This document shows, piece by piece, positions 20,045-28,442 of a DNA stretch of 62,972 nt. The DNA lies in NCBI GenBank assembly GCA_946404035.1, contig CAMJCC010000001.1:1-62972 (forward strand), given 5' to 3'. The DNA comes from an uncultured Clostridia bacterium (lineage in GTDB: Bacteria > Bacillota > Clostridia > Oscillospirales > CAG-272). Positions within the stretch are counted from its first letter, which is position 1. The number at the start of each line of letters is the position of its first letter. The notes under the pieces are model-generated. The model saw only the letters and a list, made by a program, of their open reading frames with translations. It searched no databases and was not told the DNA's origin. The translations under genes and the position numbers were made by a program.

Positions 20045-20736
20045 TTCGCCGCCTCCTCTCCGGTCTTCTCCTCATCGGTGCAGGAGAGTTTGCCGCAGGT
20101 GGCAGCCGACGGGCATCCGGCGCAGCCGAAATCCTTTTTCTTGATCGCTTTGCCGTGGCTGAGTGCGTTGACGGCGGTGATCAGACATCCGAAGACCAAA
20201 AACCCGCCGGGGGTCTTCGCCAAAATCGGGATGCAGTATTTCGACAACCCGGGGATCTCGATCCCGCAGAAGCTGCCGGCGCCGAAGACCTCGCGGATGA
20301 ACGACATCGCGAACAGCGCGAGGATGAAGCCGCAGCCCATCCCGAGCCCGTCGACAGCGGAGTTTATCACGCCGTTTTTGGAGGCGTACATCTCGGCGCG
20401 ACCGAGGATGATGCAGTTGACGACGATCAGGGCGAGGTAGATGCCGAGCGAGTTGTAGAGCGAGGGAACGAACGCGTGGAGCAAGAGTTCCACCGCCGTC
20501 ACGAACCCGGCGATCAGCACGATGTAGCAGGGGATCCGCACCTTATCGGGGATCACGCGGCGGAGCGCCGAGATCGCCATATTGGAGCAGACCAGAACGA
20601 CCGTCGCGGCGACCCCCATCCCGAGAGCGTTCAGGATCGAGGTGGTGGTAGCGAGGGTCGGGCAGGTGCCGAGGATCAGGACCAGGACCGGGTTCTCCCG
20701 GATCAGTCCTTTCAGGAAGTTCTGCATTTTCGTCAT
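20041..20736 (-). CDS. rnfE: Rnf complex subunit E, with a Cys-rich C-terminal tail
   Basis: NPVLVLILGTCPTLATTTS is typical of RnfE. AAGGAGGTG RBS. A tail of about 35 aa, DFGCAGCPSAATCGKLSCTDEEK, follows the last TM helix. Confidence 0.9.
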   Translation of the reverse strand: MTKMQNFLKGLIRENPVLVLILGTCPTLATTTSILNALGMGVAATVVLVCSNMAISALRRVIPDKVRIPCYIVLIAGFVTAVELLLHAFVPSLYNSLGIYLALIVVNCIILGRAEMYASKNGVINSAVDGLGMGCGFILALFAMSFIREVFGAGSFCGIEIPGLSKYCIPILAKTPGGFLVFGCLITAVNALSHGKAIKKKDFGCAGCPSAATCGKLSCTDEEKTGEEAAK

Positions 20737-20749
20737 CTCAGCACCTCCT

Positions 20750-21295
20750 TTATTCTTTCGTCACGGCGGCAAACGCCGTGAACGCGTCGCGAACGCCCTG
20801 CTTGACGCCGGTCGAAGAGTAGGTCGCGCCGCTGACGTTCTGAACGGCGTCCACGCCGTCGGCGTCGATGCCGGGGAAGCGGGAGGTGAAGTCGTTTTTC
20901 TTCACCTTATCGCCGATGCCGGCGGTCTCGCCCGAAACGTCGGTGATCTTGATCGCGGCGACCTTGCCGTCGGGTCTGATCCCGACGAGCAGCGTGATGG
21001 GCGCGCTCTTCTTGCCGTAGCCCTCTCCCTTCACGAGGAAGACGTAGCCGCCGCCGTCGTTATCGCGGTAGCAGGCGGAAACCGTGTCAGGCAGGTCGGC
21101 GTAGCCGTCAAGGGAGACCTCGGTGAACTCGGTCGCCCCGGGGAGCGCCTCGCTCCTTGCCTTGCGTTCCGCCTCCGCCGTCGCGTCCGCGATGATGGGG
21201 GACGTGACGTAGTTGACCACGGCGAGCAGCAACGCCACGGCAAGGCAGATCAGGGTGAGGACGAGGATGGGTTTGACGATGTTCTTGAAAGTCAT
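20750..21295 (-). CDS. rnfG: Rnf complex subunit G (FMN-binding)
   Basis: N-terminal TM anchor and an FMN_bind-type C-terminal motif (SGATYSSTGV). Confidence 0.85.
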   Translation of the reverse strand: MTFKNIVKPILVLTLICLAVALLLAVVNYVTSPIIADATAEAERKARSEALPGATEFTEVSLDGYADLPDTVSACYRDNDGGGYVFLVKGEGYGKKSAPITLLVGIRPDGKVAAIKITDVSGETAGIGDKVKKNDFTSRFPGIDADGVDAVQNVSGATYSSTGVKQGVRDAFTAFAAVTKE

Positions 21296-22257
21296 TTCGC
21301 CGTCCCCTCCTTCCCTGCTTTTTCGGGTTTTTGGGGTTTCGGCGCGCCGACGGGACGCCGGAGCGTCAGTTTATCGATATAGGGGCAGAGCAGGTTCATC
21401 ATCAGGATGGCGTAGGACACGCCCTCGGTATGACCCGCCAGGCGGATGAGCGTGGTGATCGCGCCGCACCCGACGCCGAAGATCAGCCGTCCCGTGGGAG
21501 AAGCGGGGGAGGTCACGTAATCGGTCGCCATAAAGATCGCGCCGATGAGAAGTCCTCCCGACAGCACCTGTTCCAGCGGATCGGCGCCCGCGATCCAGGA
21601 GAGGAGCGCGACGGTACCGACAAACGACACCGGGATATGCCAGCTGATGACGCGCCGGACGAGCAGGTAGACCAGCCCGATGAGCAGCGCGAGCGAGCAG
21701 GTCTCGCCGATCGCCCCGGCGTGGAAGCCGAGAAACATCTTCCAGTAGGAGAGCCGTTCCGCGCCGGTGAGCGACAGGGTGAACGGCGTGGCTTCCGAGA
21801 CCAGTTCGCCGCCCTTCAGAACGGCAAAACTGTTCATCTCGGTCGCGAAGCAGAGGAAGAGCATGATCCGCGCGGCGATCGCGGGGTTGGCGAAGTTCTT
21901 GCCGATGCCGCCGAAGAGCTGCTTGACGACCACGATGGCGAAGAAGCATCCGACCACCGCCATCCAGATCGGGAGCGAGGCGGAGAGGTTCTGCGAGAGC
22001 AGGACGCCGGTGACCGACGCCGAGAGATCGAAGACCGTGGTCGGGCGGCGCACCAGTTTCGTGAAACCGAATTCAAACAGGTTGCACGCCGCGACGCAGA
22101 CGACGGTCAAAACCAGCGCGCGCCAGCCGTAAAAGATCACCGAAGCGATCACGGCGGGCGAGAGCGCGATCAGAACGTCGAGCATCACGCGGCGGGTATC
22201 GTTTTTCGTCACGATATGGGGAGAGGAGGAGACCGACAGCTGTTCGTTCACGGTCAT
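21292..22257 (-). CDS. rnfD: Rnf complex subunit D
   Basis: SSSPHI N-terminal motif, polytopic membrane protein. Overlaps its neighbours by 4 nt on both sides. Confidence 0.9.
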   Translation of the reverse strand: MTVNEQLSVSSSPHIVTKNDTRRVMLDVLIALSPAVIASVIFYGWRALVLTVVCVAACNLFEFGFTKLVRRPTTVFDLSASVTGVLLSQNLSASLPIWMAVVGCFFAIVVVKQLFGGIGKNFANPAIAARIMLFLCFATEMNSFAVLKGGELVSEATPFTLSLTGAERLSYWKMFLGFHAGAIGETCSLALLIGLVYLLVRRVISWHIPVSFVGTVALLSWIAGADPLEQVLSGGLLIGAIFMATDYVTSPASPTGRLIFGVGCGAITTLIRLAGHTEGVSYAILMMNLLCPYIDKLTLRRPVGAPKPQKPEKAGKEGTAK

Positions 22258-23564
22258 TTCCCTCCTTTCGGGGGCGTGGCGGCTTTCAGGATCGCCTTGC
22301 CCAGTTTATTCTGCTGGACCAGCGGACGGTGCGCCGGGCAGATGAACGAGCAGCACCCGCATTCCATACAGAGCGTGACTTTCAGTTTGGCAAGTTCGCC
22401 CGCGTCTTTCTTCTGCACCGCCTCGCCGATGGCGAAAGGCGTCAGGTGAAGCGGGCAGGTGTTCGCGCACTTGCCGCACCGGATGCAGGGGGTGGGATCG
22501 GGCAGGATCGCGTCGCGTTCGTTCAGGGCGACGATCGCGTTTGTGGTCTTCATCACCGGGAAGCCGGCGTCGGGGACCGCGATCCCCATCATGGGTCCTC
22601 CGTAGAGGATCTTGCCGGGTTCGGACTGAAAACCCCCGCAGAAATCGAACACGTCCTGCATCCTGGTCCCGATGGGGACGATCACGTTCTTCGGTTCCTT
22701 CACCGCCGAGCCGTCGACGGTCAGGCACCGCTCGACCAGCGGCATCCCGGTCGCAAGATACTTCATCAACTCGACCGTGGTCGTGACGTTTAAGACGATG
22801 CAGCCGACGTCGAGCGGGAGTTTGCCCTCTCCGACGATGCGGCCGGTGCAGTTGTAGATCAGCACCTTTTCGCCGCCCTGCGGGTAACTGCCGGGCAGTA
22901 CCTTGACGGATAGCCCCGCGTCTCCCGCGATCGCGGCGCGGATCTTTTTCACCGCCTCGGGTTTGTTGCGCTCGATCCCGACGACGACGGTGGCGGAATA
23001 GAGGTCGCGGAGCAGTTTCATCCCCGCGACGAGTTCCTCCGTACGATCAAGCATCGTCCGCGTGTCGGAGGTGATGTAGGGCTCGCACTCGGCGCCGTTC
23101 AACAGAACGTAATCGACCTTGGCGGGATCCGCCGCCAGTTTGACCGCGGTCGGGAAACCCGCGCCGCCGAGCCCAACCAGTCCGCAGGCGCGCGCCGCGT
23201 CGACAAGTGCCTTTGCCGTCGTGACGGCGACGGGGGCGAGCGTGGGGTCGGGGGTCATTTCGCCGTCGCTGTCGATCAGAAGAGCGTTGACCGTACGCCC
23301 GAAGACGTCACGGTAACTCTCGGTCTTCTTGACCGTGCCCGAGACCGACGAAAAGATCGCCGCGCCGACGAACCCGCCCGCCTCCGCGATCTTCTGCCCG
23401 ACCAGCACCTTGTCGCCGGGCTGAACGGTCGGCGTCGAGGGCGCGCCGATCCCCATGGAGAGCGGGATCAAGACCGACGCGGGGGGCGGCATCCGGACCG
23501 GGGCGTTGCCCGCCGTGTTCTTCCGATGAGGGACGTGCACGCCGCTCATCCTGAAAAATCTCAC
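22254..23564 (-). CDS. rnfC: Rnf complex subunit C
   Basis: GLVGLGGAGFPT nucleotide-binding motif and two C-terminal 4Fe-4S motifs (CIRCGKCANTCP, CMECGCCSFICP). GTG start after an AAGGAGGA RBS. Confidence 0.9.
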   Translation of the reverse strand: MRFFRMSGVHVPHRKNTAGNAPVRMPPPASVLIPLSMGIGAPSTPTVQPGDKVLVGQKIAEAGGFVGAAIFSSVSGTVKKTESYRDVFGRTVNALLIDSDGEMTPDPTLAPVAVTTAKALVDAARACGLVGLGGAGFPTAVKLAADPAKVDYVLLNGAECEPYITSDTRTMLDRTEELVAGMKLLRDLYSATVVVGIERNKPEAVKKIRAAIAGDAGLSVKVLPGSYPQGGEKVLIYNCTGRIVGEGKLPLDVGCIVLNVTTTVELMKYLATGMPLVERCLTVDGSAVKEPKNVIVPIGTRMQDVFDFCGGFQSEPGKILYGGPMMGIAVPDAGFPVMKTTNAIVALNERDAILPDPTPCIRCGKCANTCPLHLTPFAIGEAVQKKDAGELAKLKVTLCMECGCCSFICPAHRPLVQQNKLGKAILKAATPPKGGK

Positions 23565-23651
23565 GATAGGTCCTCCTTACGATACGTATTCGGATAAGCA
23601 AAGACGACCCGCTTTTTCATTCACAGGTCGTGCCTTTTTTCCACTGAAAGA

Positions 23652-23680
23652 ATTATAACATTCCCCGCGGTTTTTGTCAA
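23652..23680 (-). promoter_or_regulatory. promoter of rnfCDGEAB (TTGACA-17-TATAAT)
   Basis: Perfect consensus, about 85 nt upstream of GTG 23564. Confidence 0.6.
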
Positions 23681-23716
23681 CGGAAAAAAGTATATATTTT
23701 TCACTTTATACGCGCG

Positions 23717-23753
23717 AGAAAAAAACCGGGCGGACCGCACGGTCCGCCCGGGG
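23717..23753 (-). terminator. terminator of copA
   Basis: CCGGGCGGACC-gtgc-GGTCCGCCCGG followed by T7 on the minus strand. Confidence 0.8.
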
Positions 23754-23759
23754 GAAAAG

Positions 23760-25976
23760 TCAACGGAAGCGACGAAGGCGCAGGGCGTTGGTCACGACGA
23801 AGACCGAGGAGAACGACATCGCGAGCGCCGCCATCCACGGAGCGAGCGTCACGCCGAGGGGCGAGAGGACCCCCGCCGCGATCGGGATGCAGATCGCGTT
23901 GTAGATGAGTGCCCAGAACAGGTTTTGTTTGATATTGCGGAGCGTGGCGCGCCCGAGCCGGACGGAGGTCACGACGTCGGAGACGTTCCCCGACCGCAAC
24001 ACCACGTCGGCGGAAGCAACGGCGACGTCAGTCCCGACACCGACGGCGGCTCCGACGTCGGCGGAGGTCAGCGCGGGGGCGTCGTTGATGCCGTCCCCGA
24101 CCATTAAGACCGGTCCGGCGTGTTTCGAGAGTTCGGAAACGGCTTCCGCCTTTCCGTCGGGGAGCAGCCCCGCACGGTACTCGTCGCATCCGAGCGTTTC
24201 GGCGATCCCGGCGGCGGCGCGCGGATGATCTCCCGTCAGCATCACGCTCCGGCATCCCAGCGCGCGGAGTTTTGCAAGCGCGTCGGTCGCGTCCTCGCGC
24301 ACCGTGTCGCCCACCCCGACGACGCCGAGCAGACGTTCGCCCTCCGAGAAGAAGACCGGCGTCCCGCCGACGTCGAGGATCGCGTCCGCGGCGGCGGACA
24401 GCGGCGACAGGTCGAGTTCCATATCGTCCGCGAGCAGGGCGGCGTTCCCGCCGAGCAGGTGGACCCCGTCGGCTTTGCCGTACACCCCCTTGCCGGGGAT
24501 GGTCGAATGGGTCGAGAGAGCGAGATCGGGGACCCCCGCCAGATCGGCGGCGATCGCGCGGGCGATCGGGTGGGTCGAGCGGCTCTCAAGCGCGTAGGCG
24601 ACCGAGCGGAAGCGGTCGGGATCGGCGCCGGGGGCGACGGTCAGGGAGATCACTTTCATCTCGCCGCGGGTGAGCGTCCCGGTCTTATCGAGCGCGACGG
24701 TTTTTACCCGCCCGAGGGTCTCGAGCGCCGCGGCGCTCTTGATCAGCACCCCGCGTTCCGCGCCGCGCCCGGTCGCCGTCACGATGGCGGTCGGGGTCGC
24801 CAATCCCAGCGCGCAGGGACAGGAGATCACCAGTACGCTGACCCCGTGGACGAAGGCGGCGGAGGGACCCGAAACGAAGAACCAGACGACGGCGGTCAGA
24901 AGCGCTGTCCCGAGCACGGCGGGAACGAAGAACGTACTGACCTTGTCCGCCAGACGTGCGATCGGCGCTTTGGACGCCGCCGCCTCGCGGATCATGCGGA
25001 CCGTCGCGGCAAGCGAGGTGTCCTCGCCGACCTTGTCGGCGCGCATTTCGAGGTAGCCGTCGGTCACAAGGCACCCGGCGATCAGGACGTCGCCCTCCTT
25101 TTTGTCGATCGGGCGGCTCTCGCCGGTGACCGACGCCTCGTCGCAGCATCCGACGCCGGATACGACCGTCCCGTCGGCGGCGATCCGGTCGCCGGTCTTC
25201 AGGATCACGACGTCGCCCACCGTGAGTTCGCTCGTGCAGATTGTCGTTTCCGCCCCGTCGCGGCGGACCGTCACACGGTCGGGCGACAGTTTGGTGAGCA
25301 GGCGGATCGCGTCGGTCGTGCGGCGTTTTGCCCGTCCCTCCAGCGTTTTGCCGAGCGAAACGAGGGTCAGGATCATCGCGGCGGCGTCGAGGTAGAGTTC
25401 CATCGAGAGCGCGACCGCCCTCTCCCCGCCGCCGATCAGGGCGAGGATAAACGCGACCGTCCCGTGGAGCAGCGCCGCGCCCGAGCCCAGCATCACCAGC
25501 GTGTCCATATTGGGCGCGCGGCGGATCAGGGCGAGGAGACCGCCCGTGAAATAACGCGAATGGATGACGGCGACGACGTAGGCGAGAACGAGTTGTACCG
25601 AAATGAAAGCGTAGGGGTGGGCGTTTGGCGAGAGGAACGGAGGGATCGGAAGACCGATCATGTGCCCCATCGCCAGATAAAAGAGCAGGAGCGAGAGGAT
25701 CGCAGAAAGGAGCAGTCGGCGTCCGCCAAACGTTTGCGGCTCGTCGTCGAGGGCAAGTTCCTTGCCGGGTTCGGGGAGAAACGCCCCGTAGCCCGCGCGG
25801 ATAACGGCGGAGACGATCTTTTCCTCGCTTGCCGGGGCGTCGAACTCCACCGTCATACTGTCGGTCAGGAGCGACACCACGACCGACGAAACGCCCCCGA
25901 CCCCCCGTACCGCGTTCTCGACGTGCGCGGCACAGGAGGCGCAACTCATTCCCGTTACCCGGAACTCTCGTTTCAT
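23760..25976 (-). CDS. copA: heavy-metal (copper-type) translocating P1B-type ATPase
   Basis: N-terminal HMA domain GMSCASC, CPC in the TM region (SCPCALGLATP), DKTGTLT phosphorylation site and GDGINDAP. Confidence 0.9.
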   Translation of the reverse strand: MKREFRVTGMSCASCAAHVENAVRGVGGVSSVVVSLLTDSMTVEFDAPASEEKIVSAVIRAGYGAFLPEPGKELALDDEPQTFGGRRLLLSAILSLLLFYLAMGHMIGLPIPPFLSPNAHPYAFISVQLVLAYVVAVIHSRYFTGGLLALIRRAPNMDTLVMLGSGAALLHGTVAFILALIGGGERAVALSMELYLDAAAMILTLVSLGKTLEGRAKRRTTDAIRLLTKLSPDRVTVRRDGAETTICTSELTVGDVVILKTGDRIAADGTVVSGVGCCDEASVTGESRPIDKKEGDVLIAGCLVTDGYLEMRADKVGEDTSLAATVRMIREAAASKAPIARLADKVSTFFVPAVLGTALLTAVVWFFVSGPSAAFVHGVSVLVISCPCALGLATPTAIVTATGRGAERGVLIKSAAALETLGRVKTVALDKTGTLTRGEMKVISLTVAPGADPDRFRSVAYALESRSTHPIARAIAADLAGVPDLALSTHSTIPGKGVYGKADGVHLLGGNAALLADDMELDLSPLSAAADAILDVGGTPVFFSEGERLLGVVGVGDTVREDATDALAKLRALGCRSVMLTGDHPRAAAGIAETLGCDEYRAGLLPDGKAEAVSELSKHAGPVLMVGDGINDAPALTSADVGAAVGVGTDVAVASADVVLRSGNVSDVVTSVRLGRATLRNIKQNLFWALIYNAICIPIAAGVLSPLGVTLAPWMAALAMSFSSVFVVTNALRLRRFR

Positions 25977-26009
25977 CCCGTCTTACCTCGTTGGTTTGAT
26001 TTCGTCTAT

Positions 26010-26038
26010 ATTGTAACACCGCGCGCAGGAAAATGCAA
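26010..26038 (-). promoter_or_regulatory. promoter of copA (TTGCAT-17-TACAAT)
   Basis: Minus strand, 34 nt upstream of ATG 25976. Confidence 0.55.
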
Positions 26039-26070
26039 GACGGCGGAGCGAAAGAAAAAGACCGTCGCCC

Positions 26071-26099
26071 TTGCTTTTTTTGCCCGGAACTGGTATACT
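26071..26099 (+). promoter_or_regulatory. promoter of the PPTase gene (TTGCTT-17-TATACT)
   Basis: Plus strand, 26 nt upstream of GTG 26125. Confidence 0.5.
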
Positions 26100-26124
26100 G
26101 GAAGAAAAAAGGGGGTGAGCGCGT

Positions 26125-26721
26125 GTGAAAGTCTTGCTGGCGGACTGTCTCGGCGTGACGGAGAGCGATCTCTTTGCGATTTTCGGCGCGCTCCCGCCGG
26201 GGCGGCGCGCCTACGCCGCGCGGTACAAAAAAACCGTCGACCGGGCGACGGCGGCGGTCGGGTCACTTCTGGTCTCGCGCCTGATCCGGGAGGTAAACCC
26301 CGCCCTCGCGGGCGCCGATTGGACGATCGGAGAACACGGAAAACCCTATCTTCCCGGCGCGCCGTTTCACTTTTCGCTCTCGCACGCCGACGGACTGTGC
26401 GCCGCGGCGCTCTCTTCCGACCCCATCGGGCTTGACGTCGAGCGGATCCGTCCGCTCCGCCCCGCTCTGCTCCCGCGGTTCTGCACGCCCGAGGAGATCG
26501 AACGGGTCGCGCACGACCCCGACCTCGCGGTCAAGATCTGGACCCGGCGCGAGGCGCGGGCAAAACAGAACGGGCGCGGGATCGGGCAGAAACTGACCTC
26601 GCTTTCAAGCGAGGGGATCGCCTCCGTCCGTATCTCTGCGGAGGGACGCGATTTCTGGCTGTCCTGCACGGCGGACGAGCCGCTTGAAACGGTCGCGTTC
26701 ACCCCGCAGGAACTGCTCTGA
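26125..26721 (+). CDS. 4'-phosphopantetheinyl transferase, Sfp type
   Basis: GKPYL, FSLSHA, GLDVE and WTRREARAK blocks. GTG start after a GGGGGTGA RBS. Confidence 0.8.
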   Translation: MKVLLADCLGVTESDLFAIFGALPPGRRAYAARYKKTVDRATAAVGSLLVSRLIREVNPALAGADWTIGEHGKPYLPGAPFHFSLSHADGLCAAALSSDPIGLDVERIRPLRPALLPRFCTPEEIERVAHDPDLAVKIWTRREARAKQNGRGIGQKLTSLSSEGIASVRISAEGRDFWLSCTADEPLETVAFTPQELL

Positions 26722-26769
26722 AAAAAAGGAACGGCGGTCTGCCGAAAGCAGACCGCCGTTATTCGTTTT
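26721..26769. terminator. bidirectional terminator (PPTase gene / CarD-like gene)
   Basis: AACGGCGGTCTGC-cgaaa-GCAGACCGCCGTT with flanking A7 and T-rich runs. Confidence 0.8.
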
Positions 26770-27282
26770 TCACGCCTCCGCCGCCGCGGCGGGGAGTTTC
26801 TCGAGGAACGCGGCGCAATCCTCCCGCGACCAGCCGAGCACGAGCGAAAGTTCGTCGAAGAAGATGCGTTCGGTCTCGCGGTAGGCGCGTTCGTCGGACA
26901 CGCGCAGATGTTTGCCCTTTTTCTCGCGCTCTTCGCGCATATTTTTCAGGGTGAGGTAGACGCGGACGATGGCGAGGCGGTCGCCGCTGTTCATGATCTC
27001 GCGGAACAGGGTCTTGCGCTGGTTCTCGTTCTCGACCCAGATCGGGGCGGCGTCGCCGAGACCGTCGAGCAGGGCGCGCATCTCGCGCTCGGAAAGGAGC
27101 GGGTGCATCCGGGCGAGCAGCATCTCGCTGCCGACCGGGACGAAGACCGTGGTGGCTTCGCTGGATACCGGTTTCAGTACGTAAAAGTCGTCCGTCGCGC
27201 CGCACGCTTCCATACGCGTAACGTCGCGGATGCGGCAGATGCCGTTGTTTCCGTAGAGCACCGCGTCGCCGACCTGGTACAT
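26770..27282 (-). CDS. CarD/CdnL-family transcriptional regulator
   Basis: MYQVGDAVLYGNNGICRIRDV...YYVLKP-like N-terminal Tudor-type domain and a helical C-terminal half. Confidence 0.8.
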   Translation of the reverse strand: MYQVGDAVLYGNNGICRIRDVTRMEACGATDDFYVLKPVSSEATTVFVPVGSEMLLARMHPLLSEREMRALLDGLGDAAPIWVENENQRKTLFREIMNSGDRLAIVRVYLTLKNMREEREKKGKHLRVSDERAYRETERIFFDELSLVLGWSREDCAAFLEKLPAAAAEA

Positions 27283-27317
27283 CGGGTATCGCCCCCTTTC
27301 CTACCTTTTATACACAT

Positions 27318-27346
27318 ATTATAACATATTATGAAGAAAAATGCAC
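27318..27346 (-). promoter_or_regulatory. promoter of the CarD-like gene (GTGCAT-17-TGtTATAAT)
   Basis: Extended -10 box in an AT-rich island. Confidence 0.45.
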
Positions 27347-27375
27347 GGGGTTTCGGGCAAAAAAATCATTTTTCG

Positions 27376-28194
27376 TCACTTCTCACCAAAAAGCGCGCTC
27401 TGTTTTTGTGAATTAGTGCTATCTCCCCGATGGGAAAGGGGTCGATCCAGCCAAACCAGCGAGGGATACGCCTCGAGAAGCCCGTCCGGGGCGGGCAGAT
27501 CGCAGACGACGGCGTCGACCTCGCCGAGATCTCCGAGCGTGTAGGACGAGGTCTTTCCGAGTTTGCTCCCGTCGCAGAGGAACACGCGGCGGGCGGCGCG
27601 CCGGCACATCAGGCGGCGGAGCGCGATCTCCTCTTCAAAACAGTCGGTGATCTCGCCGTCGTTTGACAGCGACTGCGCCGAGAAGAAGACGACGTCGGCG
27701 TGCATCCCCGCGATCAGTTCCTCGGCGTGCGAGCCGACGAGCGCCGACGGGTTCTCGGGGTTGGGGCGTCCCCCGGTCGAAAGCAGACGCACCTGCGTCC
27801 CCGACAGCGCGAGCGCGGTCGACAGCCCGTTGGTCACGACGGTCACGCCGTGCAGGCGCGACAGGTGATCGACGAGGTAGAACGCGGTGGACGAACCGTC
27901 GAGGAACACGACGTCCCCGTCGGATACCAGCGACGCCGCGAGCGAGGCGACCGTGCGCTTGCGCCCCTCGTTCTGGTGGGCGCGCAGATCGTAGGGGATC
28001 AGCCGCGAGCCCCCTCTCGCCGGTTCGGCGCCGCCGTAGGTGCGCCGGATCTCGCCGTTGGCTTCAAGCGACAACAGATCGCGCCGGATGCTCGACGCGC
28101 TGATATGCAGAACGCGCGCGAGATAGTCGACCTTGACGTATCCGTTCTCCTCCGCCAGCCGCATGATCTCGCGTTTTCTCTCCCATCCGTTCAT
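27376..28194 (-). CDS. DeoR/GlpR-family transcriptional regulator
   Basis: Start MNGWERKREIMRL at ATG 28194 after a GGGAGGATGG RBS. HTH motif (VDYLARVLHISASSIRRDL) and a DeoR C-terminal sugar-phosphate sensor domain. Confidence 0.85.
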   Translation of the reverse strand: MNGWERKREIMRLAEENGYVKVDYLARVLHISASSIRRDLLSLEANGEIRRTYGGAEPARGGSRLIPYDLRAHQNEGRKRTVASLAASLVSDGDVVFLDGSSTAFYLVDHLSRLHGVTVVTNGLSTALALSGTQVRLLSTGGRPNPENPSALVGSHAEELIAGMHADVVFFSAQSLSNDGEITDCFEEEIALRRLMCRRAARRVFLCDGSKLGKTSSYTLGDLGEVDAVVCDLPAPDGLLEAYPSLVWLDRPLSHRGDSTNSQKQSALFGEK

Positions 28195-28297
28195 TGTTTT
28201 TCCATCCTCCCGTTCGGTCAAAGTCGCGCAGAAAAGTTGCGCATTGTTGCTCATTTTTCAGAAAACGAGGGATTATTTGCCTTTTTTTGCGCCATCC

Positions 28298-28326
28298 TTG
28301 CATTTTCTTTTCAAAAAGATTATACT
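28298..28326 (+). promoter_or_regulatory. promoter of the FAD-oxidoreductase operon (TTGCAT-17-TATACT)
   Basis: Plus strand. The spacer contains CTTTTCAAAAAG, an inverted copy of the downstream repeats. Confidence 0.55.
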
Positions 28327-28373
28327 ATACGCGGATAAAAAAGTAAAGAGAAAACGGCGAAACTCCCGCACGG

Positions 28374-28394
28374 TTTTGAAAAGTTTTTGAAAAG
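28374..28394 (+). promoter_or_regulatory. tandem direct repeat TTTTGAAAAG x2 (11-nt period), candidate DeoR/GlpR operator
   Basis: 28374..28383 and 28385..28394, between the promoter and the RBS. Related TTTTCAGAAAA at 28256..28266 lies upstream of the regulator gene. Confidence 0.4.
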
Positions 28395-28442
28395 GTTTTC
28401 AGGATCGTGCGCAAAAGACGTTTTGCCGGGGAGGAGAAAGTG

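Noticed and set aside
17732-20440. 902-aa plus-strand ORF spanning the DUF512 gene and rnfB/A/E.
   Set aside because: It crosses several well-supported minus-strand genes and their intergenic gaps. The composition is Gly/Arg/Asp/Val-rich with no recognisable domain.
24120-26435. 771-aa plus-strand ORF opposite copA, and 24685..26019(-) in another frame.
   Set aside because: Extreme Arg/Gly/Asp content. copA in its own frame carries all the P-type ATPase signatures.
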